Below, piece after piece: positions 49,943 through 62,890 of a DNA stretch of 64,000 nucleotides. Numbering within the stretch: position 1 is the stretch's first letter; each line of letters starts with the position of its first letter. Both the position numbers and the translations under genes were made by a program. This DNA comes from Eledone cirrhosa (Eukaryota), in contig OZ024746.1 of assembly GCA_964016885.1 (NCBI GenBank), forward strand, positions 81,096,001 through 81,160,000. The letters are read 5' to 3'. The notes below the pieces were generated by a model. It was not told the DNA's origin and made no database searches. It worked only from the letters and a program-made list of their open reading frames with translations.

Positions 49943-50430
49943 ATTCAGTAAATACCTGTTGCAGGGTCACCCAGTGTTATTTAAACAAGCTGACTCAGAG
50001 ACAGAGAATTAGTTCCTCCAGTTGTCAAGCTATTTAATCCTTACTTACAATGTTAGTAGTAGGATGTGGGAGCTACTTGTTTTCAACAATTTTCACTCTG
50101 ATCATACACACACTTGTTTTTGCACCTGGCTCATGTGACTGCTCCTACAGACATATATTGCTCCTTTGTAGGTCTATTACTATGTCACTACTGACAGCTG
50201 TGCTTATTGCTAGAAGGCTGAGGAGCTAGAACTGGAAATTAGGGACCCCTAGATCAAATTTCTTTCCTCTCAAAACTGATTTGTATTTTGTTATATTTAA
50301 ATTGAAAATGATGCCTTTTCTGACAAGTGTTCTCGCTCAATCTAAGTTTGCCCTAGAGAGTAAATTTGCTGATTCTGGATTCTCAATTATAACTAAAAAC
50401 AATCTGAAGTTGAAAAGAATGATGATGATG

Positions 50431-50629
50431 ATTACTCTATATTTACTGTTATATTTTCATGGTAAAGGCTTTACCTCACATAATTATCTCACATAATATT
50501 GAATCTATGAGATTTTGATATTATTTATTTTGAGAAAAATACCTTAACATGAGTGGTTGGTTACAGCCTGTTCAACAGAAAGAGGTGAGAGAATTCTGGC
50601 CGGATATGACTGGTTTAAATGCTAAAGGG
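50431..50629 (-). mobile_element. TTAA-type MITE family 1, inverted, one end lost
   Basis: Ends TAAATGCTAAAGGG|TTAA; reverse complement of 45911-46133. Confidence 0.82.
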
Positions 50630-52128
50630 TTAAAATCAGCTCCACCTTGTCAATTTCATTATGGCAGCAATATAAACTCAAATTAATGAACAAATTAATG
50701 TAGGAGTAAGTTTACTTTCAAAAAGTTGAGGTAAATGGGATGAAAAGAGTTGTGAAACCTTGATTTAAGATTTCTTTATTAATAGATTATCATCCATAAC
50801 ATAAAATATATATCATTTATAGCTAAACATGTTTGTTTCTTCTAGTCCTTTCATGATTATATATATATATTAAATTCCATATCCTTCAAAATCCTTTCCC
50901 TTAAAAAATTCCTCTGCTGTTTTGGTATTTCTCAGTCATCTTTATAATTTTAAAAATTTGAAATATTTCATTATCTCAAGTAAATTTTCCATAAGCTTTC
51001 AAAATTGTAAAATATGTTTATTAGTGTTTTCAAACAAATTTATTATTTTTTCTGTAAGATTTGTTATTTTTAAATTCTTAAATATAGATTGAATTCTCAA
51101 ATATTTATTATTAAATTCTCCAATATAGATCTATAGAACAGCATCTGTCTCACTTGAAAGATAATAATGAAGTATTGTTAATTTAATCTGTCAAATAAAA
51201 GTCGATTTAACCTTTGCTATTTGAAGCTAGTATGATAAAATATAAACAAATTTTTAAACAAAAAAAAGTAGACATGGTTGATAACACATCAGTAATTTGA
51301 TAGTATGATTGATTATGATGTGTCAGCAGGTGGCTTGCTATGGAGAACATTAAACTTTATTTAGAACTTTAATCCTTTAAGCAAAATCTATGCTGTGCCT
51401 CATGATCTAGAAAATGTGCCTTAAAGCAGTGAGGAGGGTGAAAGTTTAGTTTTAATTTAGTTTAGTTGATAATTTTCTTGAATCGTGAGAGCCTAGCTAC
51501 AATTGACAATAATAAGTATAGACAGTGTATTTTCAAGGATAACTGAGTATTTTAATAAAGCACTGATATCTTTATTCCAATCTATTTTTTCTTTAATCCT
51601 TTTGAAACTCTATTTCAATTAAGAATTTTGAGGGATTTTCTAAAATTATTATTTCATTACTAAAACAGTAACTTAAAATATGGTTCTTAGATAAAATTAT
51701 GCTGGAAAATTTTAATTTAAATTGGGATGCTTTAAAATGGGTGGCTTTGTTTCATAGATCAAGATCTGGTATCAATAGAGTTAACAAATTGACTATGATA
51801 ATATTTGGCAGAAACAGAATGATGCCAGTCTAAATGTGACATTATAATCGTAAGTCCAACACCCTTACTACTAAGCCATATGCCTCCTCATACCAGTGAT
51901 ATAGTGAGGTTAAATCATTTTATTGTGCTCTTCCTCTATAATGTTTTGGCAGTGTGTCAATATGAGAAATCAATATTCTTTTCAAATAATTCTTCATTTT
52001 AAGTGTCAATCAACAGTTGTCTGTAAGGGAATGTATGGCCAGTTTTAGATATATTTAAATACATGTTAAGAGCCCTTTACTTGAAATTCCAAAACCTGAA
52101 ACGTCAAAAATTTGTGCTGACATGACTA

Positions 52129-52320
52129 TATAAAACGGCCTTCAGGATATATGTAGCTTATATAAAACTATCTCCAGGGTATATGTAGTTTATATAAAGC
52201 TACCTTCAAGGTATATCTAGTTGATATAAAAGTATTTGCAGGATATGTGTATTTTACATTAAACTACCTTTAAGATTATTGTAATTTATGTAAAAGTATG
52301 CCCACGGTATATTTATAGGC
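52129..52320. repeat. Diverged 32-bp x6 tandem repeat inside an old DNA-transposon-like relic (about 52070-52493)
   Basis: TATAAAACGGCCTTCAGGATATATGTAGCTTA-like units at 32-nt period; the relic ends ...GGATTCTCATACTG|TA, a Tc1/mariner-like terminus. Confidence 0.65.
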
Positions 52321-53620
52321 TCTATTATGAAATGTAAACAAATATTGGGGTTAGGCTTGAGTTCCATTCCCAAGCTGTGTTCATTTTATAGATGCTGTTT
52401 GCAAAGTATTCAATTATTCCAAAATAAAAAAAAAAATCTGAAATCAAAAACATTTCTAGTCTCAAGCTTTGTAAATAAAGGATTCTCATACTGTATAAAG
52501 CTCTTCAGATCAATTGACTTTTGTCTTATGAAACGAGTTGGTATCATCTAGATTCTAGATGATGATGGTCTAAACAAGTTAGTAAATTGATAGAAGTAAT
52601 TAATATGTAGAATACTGTATAACTAAGGAGAATTACATCATCATTTTATGTTTTGTTTTATTTTTCATGGGTTAGATACATTTCACAGCTTTTCTGGCAA
52701 TGGTTTTACAGCTGAAGGCATTTCCTTTCACTAAACTCTTAACAGTGTGGACTGGGTGCAACTAACATTAGAGATTGTTTGCAATAAGATTATAGTCCAT
52801 TCTACTCTGAAATCATAAATAAGATATTTCTAATGGAATATTATGATTAAACTTGTGTATATGTGTCATCAAAAAGGCATCATCATTAACACAATTGGCA
52901 TTGTCATCAAAATGGCATCATCAGCATTATCAACATCATCGTTATCATGTTAGCAAGAGTTGGACATCAATTTCATTAATTATAGAGGTTGTGTGTATCT
53001 TTTGACAATTCATATTGAAGTATATAAACATTGCTGAGAAAACCCAAAATTCTTTATGAATGAAATCCCTTGAGCTATTTTGTTCTGCACTGAGTTAGTG
53101 AAGACACATGACCTAGTGTTTAGGGTGTTGGGCTCATGATCATAAGTTTGTGGGTTCAATTCCTGGACTGTATGGTATGTTGTTTTTTTTAACAAAATGC
53201 TTTGTTTAACATTGCTTTTCCTGTCAGGACTGAGGCTTCTATCATTAAAAGAATCGAGAAAGCTCCCCATGACATGCAATCTTATAGGAGGCCATCTAAA
53301 ACCTACATAGATGTGAGCTGTAAATAATGTGAACCAGTGATTACCCATTATCTGTAACTAACAGTGCTGCTGTTCACCAAGTGGGCTATAAAATAAATAA
53401 AATGAATTAAACAATCACATTTACATTTCTAATGTGGAATATGAATGTAAGAACTTTCTATTGCAATAAATCATGTTCTTATGTAAGGAATCATTATCAT
53501 GAAACGATGCAGACAAATAGCTATTAATGTAATAAAATATAGAATATAGTTTAGACAATCGGGTAGTGACTTATATTATACAGTATCATAGTGTGCATAG
53601 TTAATAGTATAAAGTTCATA

Positions 53621-53807
53621 GGGCGGTGGATTGGCAGTATCGGTAGAGGGTCGGACGCCATGCTTTCCAGCATAGTTACGTCCCTTTACGATCGGAGTTC
53701 AAATCCCGCTGAGGTTGACTTTGCCTTTCATCCTTACGGGGTCGATAAAATAAAGTACCAGTAATGCACTGGGTAATTGCTGGCCTTGTGCCTAAAGTAG
53801 AAACAAT
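53621..53807 (+). mobile_element. Full-length family 1 tRNA-derived SINE (reference copy, 187 bp)
   Basis: GGGCGG start, A box TGGCAGTATCGG, B box GAGTTCAAATCCC, body GCCTTTCATCCTTACGGGGTCGATAAAATAAAGTACCAG; 13-bp TSD TATAAAGTTCATA at 53608-53620 and 53808-53820. Confidence 0.95.
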
Positions 53808-54230
53808 TATAAAGTTCATATTTTTGTACTGATTTGAAACAACCATACAATATTACACACAGGCACACAGGTGCATGCACACACACACACACACATACAC
53901 ACATACACACACACATGCATACATGCACAGACATAGTCATATTGTTGTGTACACTCATACAGTTTTAAAGATTATGTACTTATGTAAATGAGATTTTTTG
54001 TATTCAGCTACAAGTTACTGAAAAGATTAATTTACAAACACTATATAAAAGTAACAACAAAAGAATATATTGTTCTTTTGTAAATGTCTAACCAGTGTTT
54101 AGATTGAAAGGATATAATCAAAGTGAAGGGCTTCTCTGTAAATTTATATATGAAATTATTTTTCTTTTATTATTATAATATATAGGTCTGTAGTTTCCAT
54201 ATTATGGTGGATAATTGTCAGTCTTCAGAG

Positions 54231-54549
54231 CAGAGGCATGCAACAGGCGACCCGCAGGCCACAATCCGGCCTGCCAGACCAGTCAGAGTGATCCACGATG
54301 ACCATTTTTAATTTTTACCGAGTAGACTTATTTAGAATTTTTTTCGTAACCGTAATACAATTTTCTGTTAGTTGACCTATACTAAAGGGCTTCACTGATA
54401 GGGTTATATGTGTTATAATTTCCCAGTTCCATGTTATGGAAAGAAGTTGTGGTGAATCTTTGGAATAGTGCTTAATAAATATTAATGGCCCTAATAGTTG
54501 TTCCAATGTTCAAAAGTGGCCTACCAATGGAATATGTTGCACACCCATG
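54231..54549. mobile_element. Old hAT-type non-autonomous element
   Basis: CAGAGGCATGCAAC...GACCCGCAGGCCACAATCCGGCC left end and GTTGCACACCCATG right end resemble Charlie-type termini; TSD not clear. Confidence 0.6.
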
Positions 54550-55462
54550 ATTTAGGTCATCAGCTAAAAAGTGCCTTAGTATTTGTTCCAGCTCATTGTA
54601 AACTGCATTCAAATTCTGCTGAGGTCAACTTTACCTGTTATCCTTTGAGGGTTGATAAAGTACCAGTCTAGTACTGGGATTGGTTCTTCCCCTATCTCTG
54701 TTACTTTCTCTTTTTGCCTTTGTTTCTTTCCTTCCCTTGAAGGCATTGGCTGTCTTACAACTTGGAGGGAGATGGTTTCAGCTAGGTTTAAAACGCCCAA
54801 GATACCCTTACATATCCAGCAGGATTTAAGGGCAGGCCTTTTACCTTAGTTTCCATATTTATTTTTAAACATGTCTCGTCGTAACTTCCTTAATTCTGAG
54901 TTTCTACTTAAGGTTTTTTTTTTTCGTTTTATTCTTTTACTAGTTTTAGTTATTTGGCTGTAGCCAGATTAGGGCAGTGCTTCGAAGTGATCATATCAAA
55001 TCAAGTACCTATTTTTAAAAAGTCTGGTTCATATTTTTATCAATCTCTTTTGTTGCACTTCTAAGTTATATAACATAGATACAGATAATACTGTAAACAT
55101 GGACACACCTCTCTCTCTCTCTGCATATATATATATAATCTAGAGAGAGAGTGTTTCTGCCTATATTTCACTCATGAGTGGGGAGTCTAACTTCACAACT
55201 CACAGCTATGAGATAATAACTTGTACACTATAAATCCACATTAGCAAGATATGCTTGAAAAGTACAAAACAACACTATGACTAACATGTTAACAATTGAA
55301 GTCTTCACTCTAATACTGTAAGCTTTCACAGTGATCTGCCCAATAATAAAAATACTATATTTGAATTAACAAACCTGTTTTTATGTATGTAAGGATTGCT
55401 AACTACTGATAGTGATATGTGTGCAAACCCAATATGCAGCTTGTCTTGGGTTAGCATTTAAA

Positions 55463-55666
55463 CCATTAGCATTTAAACCAGCTGTATCTGGTCAGAAATC
55501 TTTCACCTCTTTCTGTTCAAACTGGCTGTATCTGGCCACTCATATTGATGTTAAGGTATTGTACTCAAAATTAATAATATGTAAATCTCAGATTCAATAT
55601 TATGTGAGGTAAAGCCTTTACCATGAAATACAATAGTATATATAGAGTAATGTAAATGCTAAAGGG
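55463..55666 (+). mobile_element. TTAA-type MITE family 1
   Basis: CCATTAGCATTTAAACC...TAAATGCTAAAGGG|TTAA. Confidence 0.85.
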
Positions 55667-56032
55667 TTAAACCTAGTTGAGCCCAGCCCCTCTCTAGGTT
55701 TAAACACATTCACTCTTTTAATCCTCCAAGAGAAAGAATAAAAGAGTGAGAAGAAACAAGGAAAGAGATATAGAGAAAGAATCGATCCCAGTACTGGACT
55801 GCTACTTTTTTTTTTTTTTTGACCTCGAAAGGAGTAAAGACACAGTGACTGGATTTGAAACCTGAGAGCCAGAATGAAACTACAAAGCATTCTATCCAAC
55901 GTTTTAATAACTCTGCCAATTCACCCCCCTCTGCTTTTTATATCTTCTACAAAATCACTGCAGGATGTTTTATCTTAATCTTCCACTATATTCCAAGTAG
56001 AAATAATTTCTTTTGTTTATCTTCTCTGGTAG

Positions 56033-56138
56033 GATGGAGACTACTTTCTAAAACTAACACTGAAAGAAGAAGAGAAGCTATCAAAACTATGTGCTGAGAC
56101 TGCAAATGATTTAGAAAAGCACCACCTACCTGATGATG
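56033..56138 (+). CDS. DLGAP: DLGAP/SAPAP GKAP (GH1) domain, exon 1 of 3
   Basis: CTTCTCTGGTAG|GAT...DGDYFLKLTLKEEEKLSKLCAETANDLEKHHLPDD G|GTAAGT; matches the SAPAP DG.WFLKLL..E..R....C......NNLPED pattern; 106 nt, phase 0 to 1. Confidence 0.92.
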
Positions 56139-56659
56139 GTAAGTAACTTTATTGCTTTTTATTCTTCTATTTCACTATGTTGCTCATCCTTTTTATCATC
56201 ATCATCATCATCATCATCAAATGCTTGACACTGGGTCCCAATTGAATACTTAAGAGATAGGAGTCTACTAACATATTCGATAATTCATTCGTTACCATAT
56301 TTCTAATGAAATACTTTATATTTTAATTAATTAATGAAGAATTTGTGAAGGATTTACGAAAATTATAATTTCATTAAGATGGTATATGTAATATAACAAA
56401 AGGTTCTTATATAGAATTGTGTTGTAAATTTTAAATCTAAGTAGGAACTCTTTAAAATGGGTTGTTTCATAGAAACTAAGGCAATTTGGGGCAGATTGGT
56501 AGCAAAATATTTTTTAAAAAACTCATAATAATTCTTCTTTCTTAGATCAACCCAGTGCTTGAGTGGCACTTTATTATATCAAGCCTGGAAAGGTGAAAGA
56601 GAAAGTTGACCATGACTGGATTTGAACTCAGAACATAGAGCCATAACTAATTGCTGCAA

Positions 56660-57520
56660 AACCTTAATGATTCCACCAAAACCTTAATGATTCCACAAAA
56701 ACCTTAATGATTCCACCAATATCTTAATGATTCCACCAATACCTTAATGATTCCATCAATACCTTAATGATTCCACCAATACCTTAATGATTCCACCAAT
56801 ACCTTAATGATTCCACCAATACCTTAATGATTCCACCAATACCTTAATGATTCCACCAATACCTTAATGATTCCACCAATACCTTAATGATTCCACCAAT
56901 ACCTTAATGATTCCATCAATACCTTAATGATTCCATCAATACCTTAATGATTCCATCAATATCTTAATGATTCCATCAATACCTTAATGATTCCATCAAT
57001 ACCTTAATGATTCCATCAATACCTTAATGATTCCATCAATACCTTAATGATTCCACCAATACCTTAATGATTCCACCAATACCTTAATGATTCCATCAAT
57101 ACCTTAATGATTCCATCAATACCTTAATGATTCCATCAATACCTTAATGATTCCATCAATACCTTAATGATTCCATCAATACCTTAATGATTCCATCAAT
57201 ACCTTAATGATTCCATCAATACCTTAATGATTCCATCAATACCTTAATGATTCCATCAATACCTTAATGATTCCACCAATACCTTAATGATTCCACCAAT
57301 ACCTTAATGATTCCACCAATACCTTAATGATTCCACCAATACCTTAATGATTCCACCAATACCTTAATGATTCCATCAATACCTTAATGATTCCATCAAT
57401 ACCTTAATGATTCCATCAATACCTTAATGATTCCATCAATACCTTAATGATTCCATCAATACCTTAATGATTCCATCAATACCTTAATGATTCCATCAAT
57501 ACCTTAATGATTCCACCAAT
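56660..57520. repeat. 20-bp tandem array (ACCTTAATGATTCCAYCAAT, about 43 units) expanded inside a minus-strand SINE head
   Basis: Exact 20-nt period; SINE sequence on the left (TTTGAACTCAGAAC...GCTGCAAA) and right (CTCCAACCCTC); C and T variants occur in blocks. Confidence 0.95.
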
Positions 57521-58196
57521 CTCCAACCCTCATAATAATAAATAAATAAAAATTCAGATGCCTTAATGGAGGGTATGCCTGAGGACTCTGCCCCAACAAT
57601 CTTCTCAAGAATAAATAAGCAAAGATGATGGCTTAATAAAAAAAAGTGTTATATTCCTGCCTTTTTAAAACCATTAGTGGTTCAGACTCCATTTGTTATG
57701 ATGTTTTTGCAATGGAGAAAAATTGTGTTGTATGCGCTGGATCTCCACTGAGTGTTCTAGAGGTTTGATCAGCAGAACATCCTACTCATTATATTTACTT
57801 GCAAGTGGCTAAGCATTCTACAGCCACATGCAGCAACCTAATTCTTAAGGAGATTCAGCATGACAATGTATGACACATTTTTGCCATCTGAGTGAACTGG
57901 AACAGTGTGAAATAAAGTATCTTGCTCAAGAACACAAATGCCACTGGGAATTGAACTCATGATTTTATGGTTGTAAGCCAAATACCCTAACCACTAAACC
58001 ATGCTTAATTAAATGAAAAGCAAGGTCTACTTTAGTAGGTTTTTGATCACGATAATGTTATTTACTTGAGTAAATATCATACAACATTTAATCAGTAACT
58101 ATAAAAATTGAAGGCATTCTTTTCTCAGTTAAGTTTAATGTATTGAGAATTAAGAATTTATTTTTCTCTTTTTTTTTTTTTTTTTTTTTCTTACAG

Positions 58197-58288
58197 TCAG
58201 TGGGAAGATACGGGCTGCAATCGGAAAAGCAAACCTACTTCAAAACAAAAAATTTAAGCAGTTTCGAGAATTATGTCAAAATTATATG
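58197..58288 (+). CDS. DLGAP: DLGAP/SAPAP GKAP domain, exon 2 of 3
   Basis: Long poly-T, then CTTACAG|TC...(V)SGKIRAAIGKANLLQNKKFKQFRELCQNYM|GTACGT; matches GKIR.AVG.A.LL..QKF.QF..LC; 92 nt, phase 1 to 0. Confidence 0.95.
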
Positions 58289-58884
58289 GTACGTAATTAA
58301 TATCTTAATTCCTACCCATAATACTGATACTCTAGGGAGACCTCCCCACCACCACCACCATAACACCTTAGTCATGACTGGCACCCAAGACTGGCACCCA
58401 AGACTGACTGACAACGGGTTTTATCTCTCTTAGGCATGACTGATCCTGAGGTTGCACCTCTCCAGTGCACAAGCCTGCGGAAGACCAGCAGGTGCCTTAG
58501 CATGCCAGTCACCCTACTCCATGACATTGATGTTATCCAATAGAAAAGCAAAAGCTGATATACATTGATGGAAGTATTGTTACTATTCATTTTTTCCAAT
58601 AGAGTGGACTAGAACAACATGGAATAAAGTGTCTTGCTCCATGACACAATACTCCACCCAGTCTGGGAATCAAACTAGTGATAATATGATAATGAGCCCA
58701 GCACTCAAACTACTAAGTCATGCATCTTCTCTGACACTTTGATACTGGTCAAATTATGAATCCTTTCATAAACCAGAATGGATTCATAGGATTATGAGAT
58801 AAATCTTCTTTATAGATTGCGATTAAACTCACAAGCAGTTTTAATAAAAAGAAATTCTCCACACTTCCTTGTTAGCTAGGAAAA

Positions 58885-59020
58885 AATTATCTCACATTAT
58901 GTTGAATCTATTATTTATTCTGAGAATAATACTTTAATGTCGGTGGCTGGTTACAGCTCGTTTGAACATAAAGAGGTAAGAGAATTCTGGCCAGATACGG
59001 CCAGTTTAAATGCTAAGAGG
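58885..59020 (-). mobile_element. TTAA-type MITE family 1, inverted partial copy
   Basis: Ends TTTAAATGCTAAGAGG|TTAA; reverse complement of the family left half. Confidence 0.78.
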
Positions 59021-59637
59021 TTAAACCTGGAGATGAAAATTAATCTAAATGAATGATTTAAACCTGGTGAATATTATATTTTTCAGTATAACAAATACTG
59101 TACTTAATGTTGGTAATATTGTGAATTTGCCCTCAATATCTCTATGATTTCTAGCAAAATGAAAGTAATAAAAGGTATTAGTCACCATAAGCTGAAATAG
59201 AAAGCAGGTGTCTTTGAGATGGCTAAAATGCAGTGTGATTATGCATGTAATTTTCTGGGGGTGCATCAGCTGCTTACAATAGGTCGCTGTAGTGCACCTG
59301 CTGTTTGCTGTAGTTTATGCCATAAGTAGAGTTGAAATAAAACTCATGACTATAGTGACATTATACTGGAGCTAATAAATTTTCTAGAAAAAAAAAGAGA
59401 GGACGTGTTAGATAGATGAATATAATTTCACGTGTATGGAGAGAATAATAAACTATTTGTAAGTTTGACTTGTTTTGTATTTAGATATGATAACCCTTTC
59501 ATTACAATATTTCTAATGAAAGACACTACCTATGATTTACAATTAAGTTTGAAAATAATCAATGTGAAGGGATTTGGTGAAATAACTTATTAAGCTGGGT
59601 TTTACAGCATAATTTAAGATTTTGTCCTATGCTTTAA

Positions 59638-60047
59638 CCCTTTAGCATTTGCATTACTCTATATTTACTATGGCGGTGGATTGGCAGTATCGGTAAAGAG
59701 TTGGACACCATACTTTGATGCATAGTTACGGCCCTTGCCATTCTGAGTTTAAATCCCGCCGAGGTTAACTTTACCTTTCAGCTTAGAGGGTCGATAAAAT
59801 AAAGTACCAGTAATGCACTGAGTAATTGCTGGCCTTGTGCCAAATGTAGAAGCAATTACTCTATATTTACTATTATATTTTCACAGTAAAGGCTTTACCT
59901 CACATAATAACGAATCTATGAGATTTTGATATTATTTATTTTGAGAACAATACCTTAACATCAGTATGATCAGCTGGTTACAGCTGGTTTGAACAGAAAG
60001 AGGTGAGAGAATTTTGGCTGGATACAGCCAGTTAAAATGCTAAAAGA
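59638..60047 (-). mobile_element. TTAA-type MITE family 1 (inverted) interrupted by a family 1 SINE (59672-59854, +)
   Basis: TTAA at both ends; SINE flanked by 19-bp TSD ATTACTCTATATTTACTAT (59653-59671, 59855-59873). Confidence 0.9.
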
Positions 60048-60129
60048 TTAATGATTCTGCCAATCCACCATCTTCTAAAATATCAATAATAATAATCATT
60101 AATTCTATTTTTTATTTCTTTGAATATAG

Positions 60130-60282
60130 ACTCCAGTTTCTACAGACGAAGAACACCCAACTAAGCTAGAAGATCTACAAGGGTTCTGGGAAATGGTACA
60201 GATACAGATTGATGATGTTTATGATATGTTTGCTGAAATAGATTTATTACGTCAAAATGGCTGGAAAGAAGTGCTGTTTGAA
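60130..60282 (+). CDS. DLGAP: DLGAP/SAPAP GKAP domain, exon 3 of 3; the gene probably continues past the window
   Basis: TTTCTTTGAATATAG|ACT...TPVSTDEEHPTKLEDLQGFWEMVQIQIDDVYDMFAEIDLLRQNGWKEVLFE|GTAAGT; hallmark PT..DL.GFW.M....I.DV...F..L..L..N.W; 153 nt, phase 0-0. Confidence 0.96.
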
Positions 60283-61529
60283 GTAAGTTGCCCTAAATTA
60301 TTATTTTTTTTTATTATTATTTGTCTGTTTACTGGTTTCAGTCATGCTGGGACACTACCTTGAAGTGATTTAGGGAATCAAATCTACCATGGTACTTATT
60401 TTTTCGCGTCTGGTACTTGTTTTATTGATTTCTTTTTGTCAAAGAACTAAGTCACTAGACCTAAACATAAACATGGACACACTCACACATTCATACACAC
60501 ACACACATGATTCTGCAGTTTCTGTATACTGAATTTTACTCACACCTTATGTATAAAACTTTCTCCATTCAACATTTTTTAGGAGTAATCTATAAAGGGA
60601 TTTAAAAAATGAAAGAAATTCTTTTGTTATATTTTCTTAAAAATAGGCTAAAATGTTGAGGGACAGCAATGATCGCTTTCTAAGTGCAGCAAATCTTTTA
60701 ATGTCAGAAGAAGATTATAATGTTGAAATAGCTGTTTATTATTCCACATGATTAAACATTCCTTCCATTATCCAATGTTATTACTTAAACACACTCCTAC
60801 CAAACCCATCCATTGATCAAAAGAAATCCACACAAATGAGTTACATAGTCACATCGATTTGGTTCTTTCAAACCCAAATCCAAAGTAGTTACTACCTAAG
60901 TGAAGAAACAGAAGTGGTTGAGAGAACCATTAGGAGGAATCTGGCTGTTTTGCCTCCTCTCTTTGTTCCCCCACACGCTATTCTTCTCTTCCACCACCTA
61001 TAAATGATCAATAAATATAATAAAAGTTCAGTAATCGAATGCAACAACATGCTTATCCAACTTCAGGTGATCAATAAATCTTGTTATTTCATGTCTTGCA
61101 TACTAACACCTCAGTGAAATAGTTTAATATATTGCCTCCAGTCTGCACTTGAACTTATGTCTTTACCATTTTTACTATTAAATGAAATAGAGAAAGACGT
61201 AATAGAAATGACTTCATTTCATAAAGTGCATTTTATTTTATACAACAAAGCAATTTACCATGTTAAAGCAAGGGTTAGCCCCTTGTGAGCCCCATAATAA
61301 GCTTCTTCATTTTACCTTATCATGAACCCGCTCCTCACACCAATCTCATGGCTTTCATTTCATTTCATTCTCCACTATATTTAGTCATGTCTCTTGCTCT
61401 AGTCACCAATTTATGTGTGCATGTATGTGTGTGCACATGTGCATGTGTGTTTGAGTGTTTGTTATATTGAATACACAACTATGCTCCAGTTTAATCATTC
61501 ATATTAATGATGTACCCGACCTCCCATGG

Positions 61530-61835
61530 GTACATGCTGAAGCATATAAACAATATGCCCCCCCCCCCCCACCGCAAGGTGGTCGTGGAGGTGCCACGGC
61601 AAAAAAAGCACCCAGCCCACACTGTAAAGTGGACGTGTAGGCGCCACGAAAAAGCACCCAGCACTCACTGTAAATGAGGTTGGTGTTAGGAAGGGCATCC
61701 AGCTGTAGAAATCAAGCCAGATCAGTTCCTGTATGAGCAAGGCATGGTCAGCCGACCAGACACTGCCCACAACAGGACAACCCGTCTAACCCATGCTAGC
61801 GTGGAAGAACGGACGTAAAACGGTGATGATGATGA
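61530..61835 (+). mobile_element. Young SINE-like family 3 copy with RTE tail
   Basis: CpG-retaining; internal duplicated AAAAAGCACCCAGC.CAC.CTGTAAA; AGGAAGGGCATCCAGCTGTAGAAATC; ends CGGACGTAAAACGG(TGA)n. Confidence 0.8.
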
Positions 61836-61932
61836 TTAACTAAGCATAAAGTACTAATAAGGAAATATGGAAAATGCTTCATTAAAATGATAGAAGTAGA
61901 GCACAGACATGTTTTCAATATAACATGTTTAA

Positions 61933-62153
61933 CCCTTTAGCATTTACATTACTTTATATATACTATTGTATTTTCATGGAAAAGGCTTTACCTCACATAA
62001 TTATCTCACATAATATCGAACCTATGAGATTTTGATGTTATTTATTTTGAGAACAATACCTTAACATCAGTATGAGTGGCCAGTTACAGCCAGTTTGAAC
62101 AGAAAGAAGTGAGAGAATTTTGGCAGGATATGGCCGATTTAAATGCTAAAGGG
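61933..62153 (-). mobile_element. TTAA-type MITE family 1, full length, inverted
   Basis: TTAA|CCCTTTAGCATTTA...TAAATGCTAAAGGG|TTAA. Confidence 0.92.
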
Positions 62154-62847
62154 TTAAAAGGAAGTTCCTACTTATACATGTCATCATCATCATCAACATT
62201 ACAGTTTTTATGTTTACTTTTCTATGCTGGCATTGGTTGGTCAGGATGTTTCGATACTAACCAATTTTGTCACCTCTTATAACACCAGGATACAGTGTAT
62301 CTATTCCCTCTCTCTCTCTTTCTCTTTCTCTTTCTCTCTCTCTCTCTATATATATATATAAAGTGAGACATGGTCACTTGACCCAACTTGCCTCTAATGG
62401 GACGAATCCGTCTAACCCATGCTAGCGTGGAAAATGGACATTAAACGATGATGATGATATGTGTGTGAGTGCATTTATATGTTTGCATACACACGCACAC
62501 ATATATATGTATGACTATTAGGTTTCCCAGGATTTTCCAGTAACCTGCTCAAGTTAACTTTTGAATACCTTATCTTCTGAGATTTTTATATAATACTTTT
62601 GTTATTAGACTTGTGCAGGATATCTGCACACATACTTGTTTCTCTGTGACGAGATTAGATTTCAAATCAATATTTAGCCTACAATATATAATAACATTTT
62701 CAGTGAGTTTCAGGTCAAGGTAAGATAATATTTGATTTGTAGAATTTTTTTCTATGTGGAATAAGATTTTGACTAGATTTTGGAATTATGTAGCATCCAT
62801 GTTTATGAAAACTTATTCTTCCCCACCCCTTTGGAATTAATAGTAAG

Positions 62848-62890
<43 letters not shown>

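Noticed and set aside
53621-53710. tRNA gene
   Set aside because: The A and B boxes belong to a SINE head; no acceptor stem or cloverleaf, and it continues into SINE body with TSDs.
56660-57520. CRISPR-like regular array
   Set aside because: Units are contiguous with no unique spacers, there are no cas genes, and the context is a eukaryotic intron.
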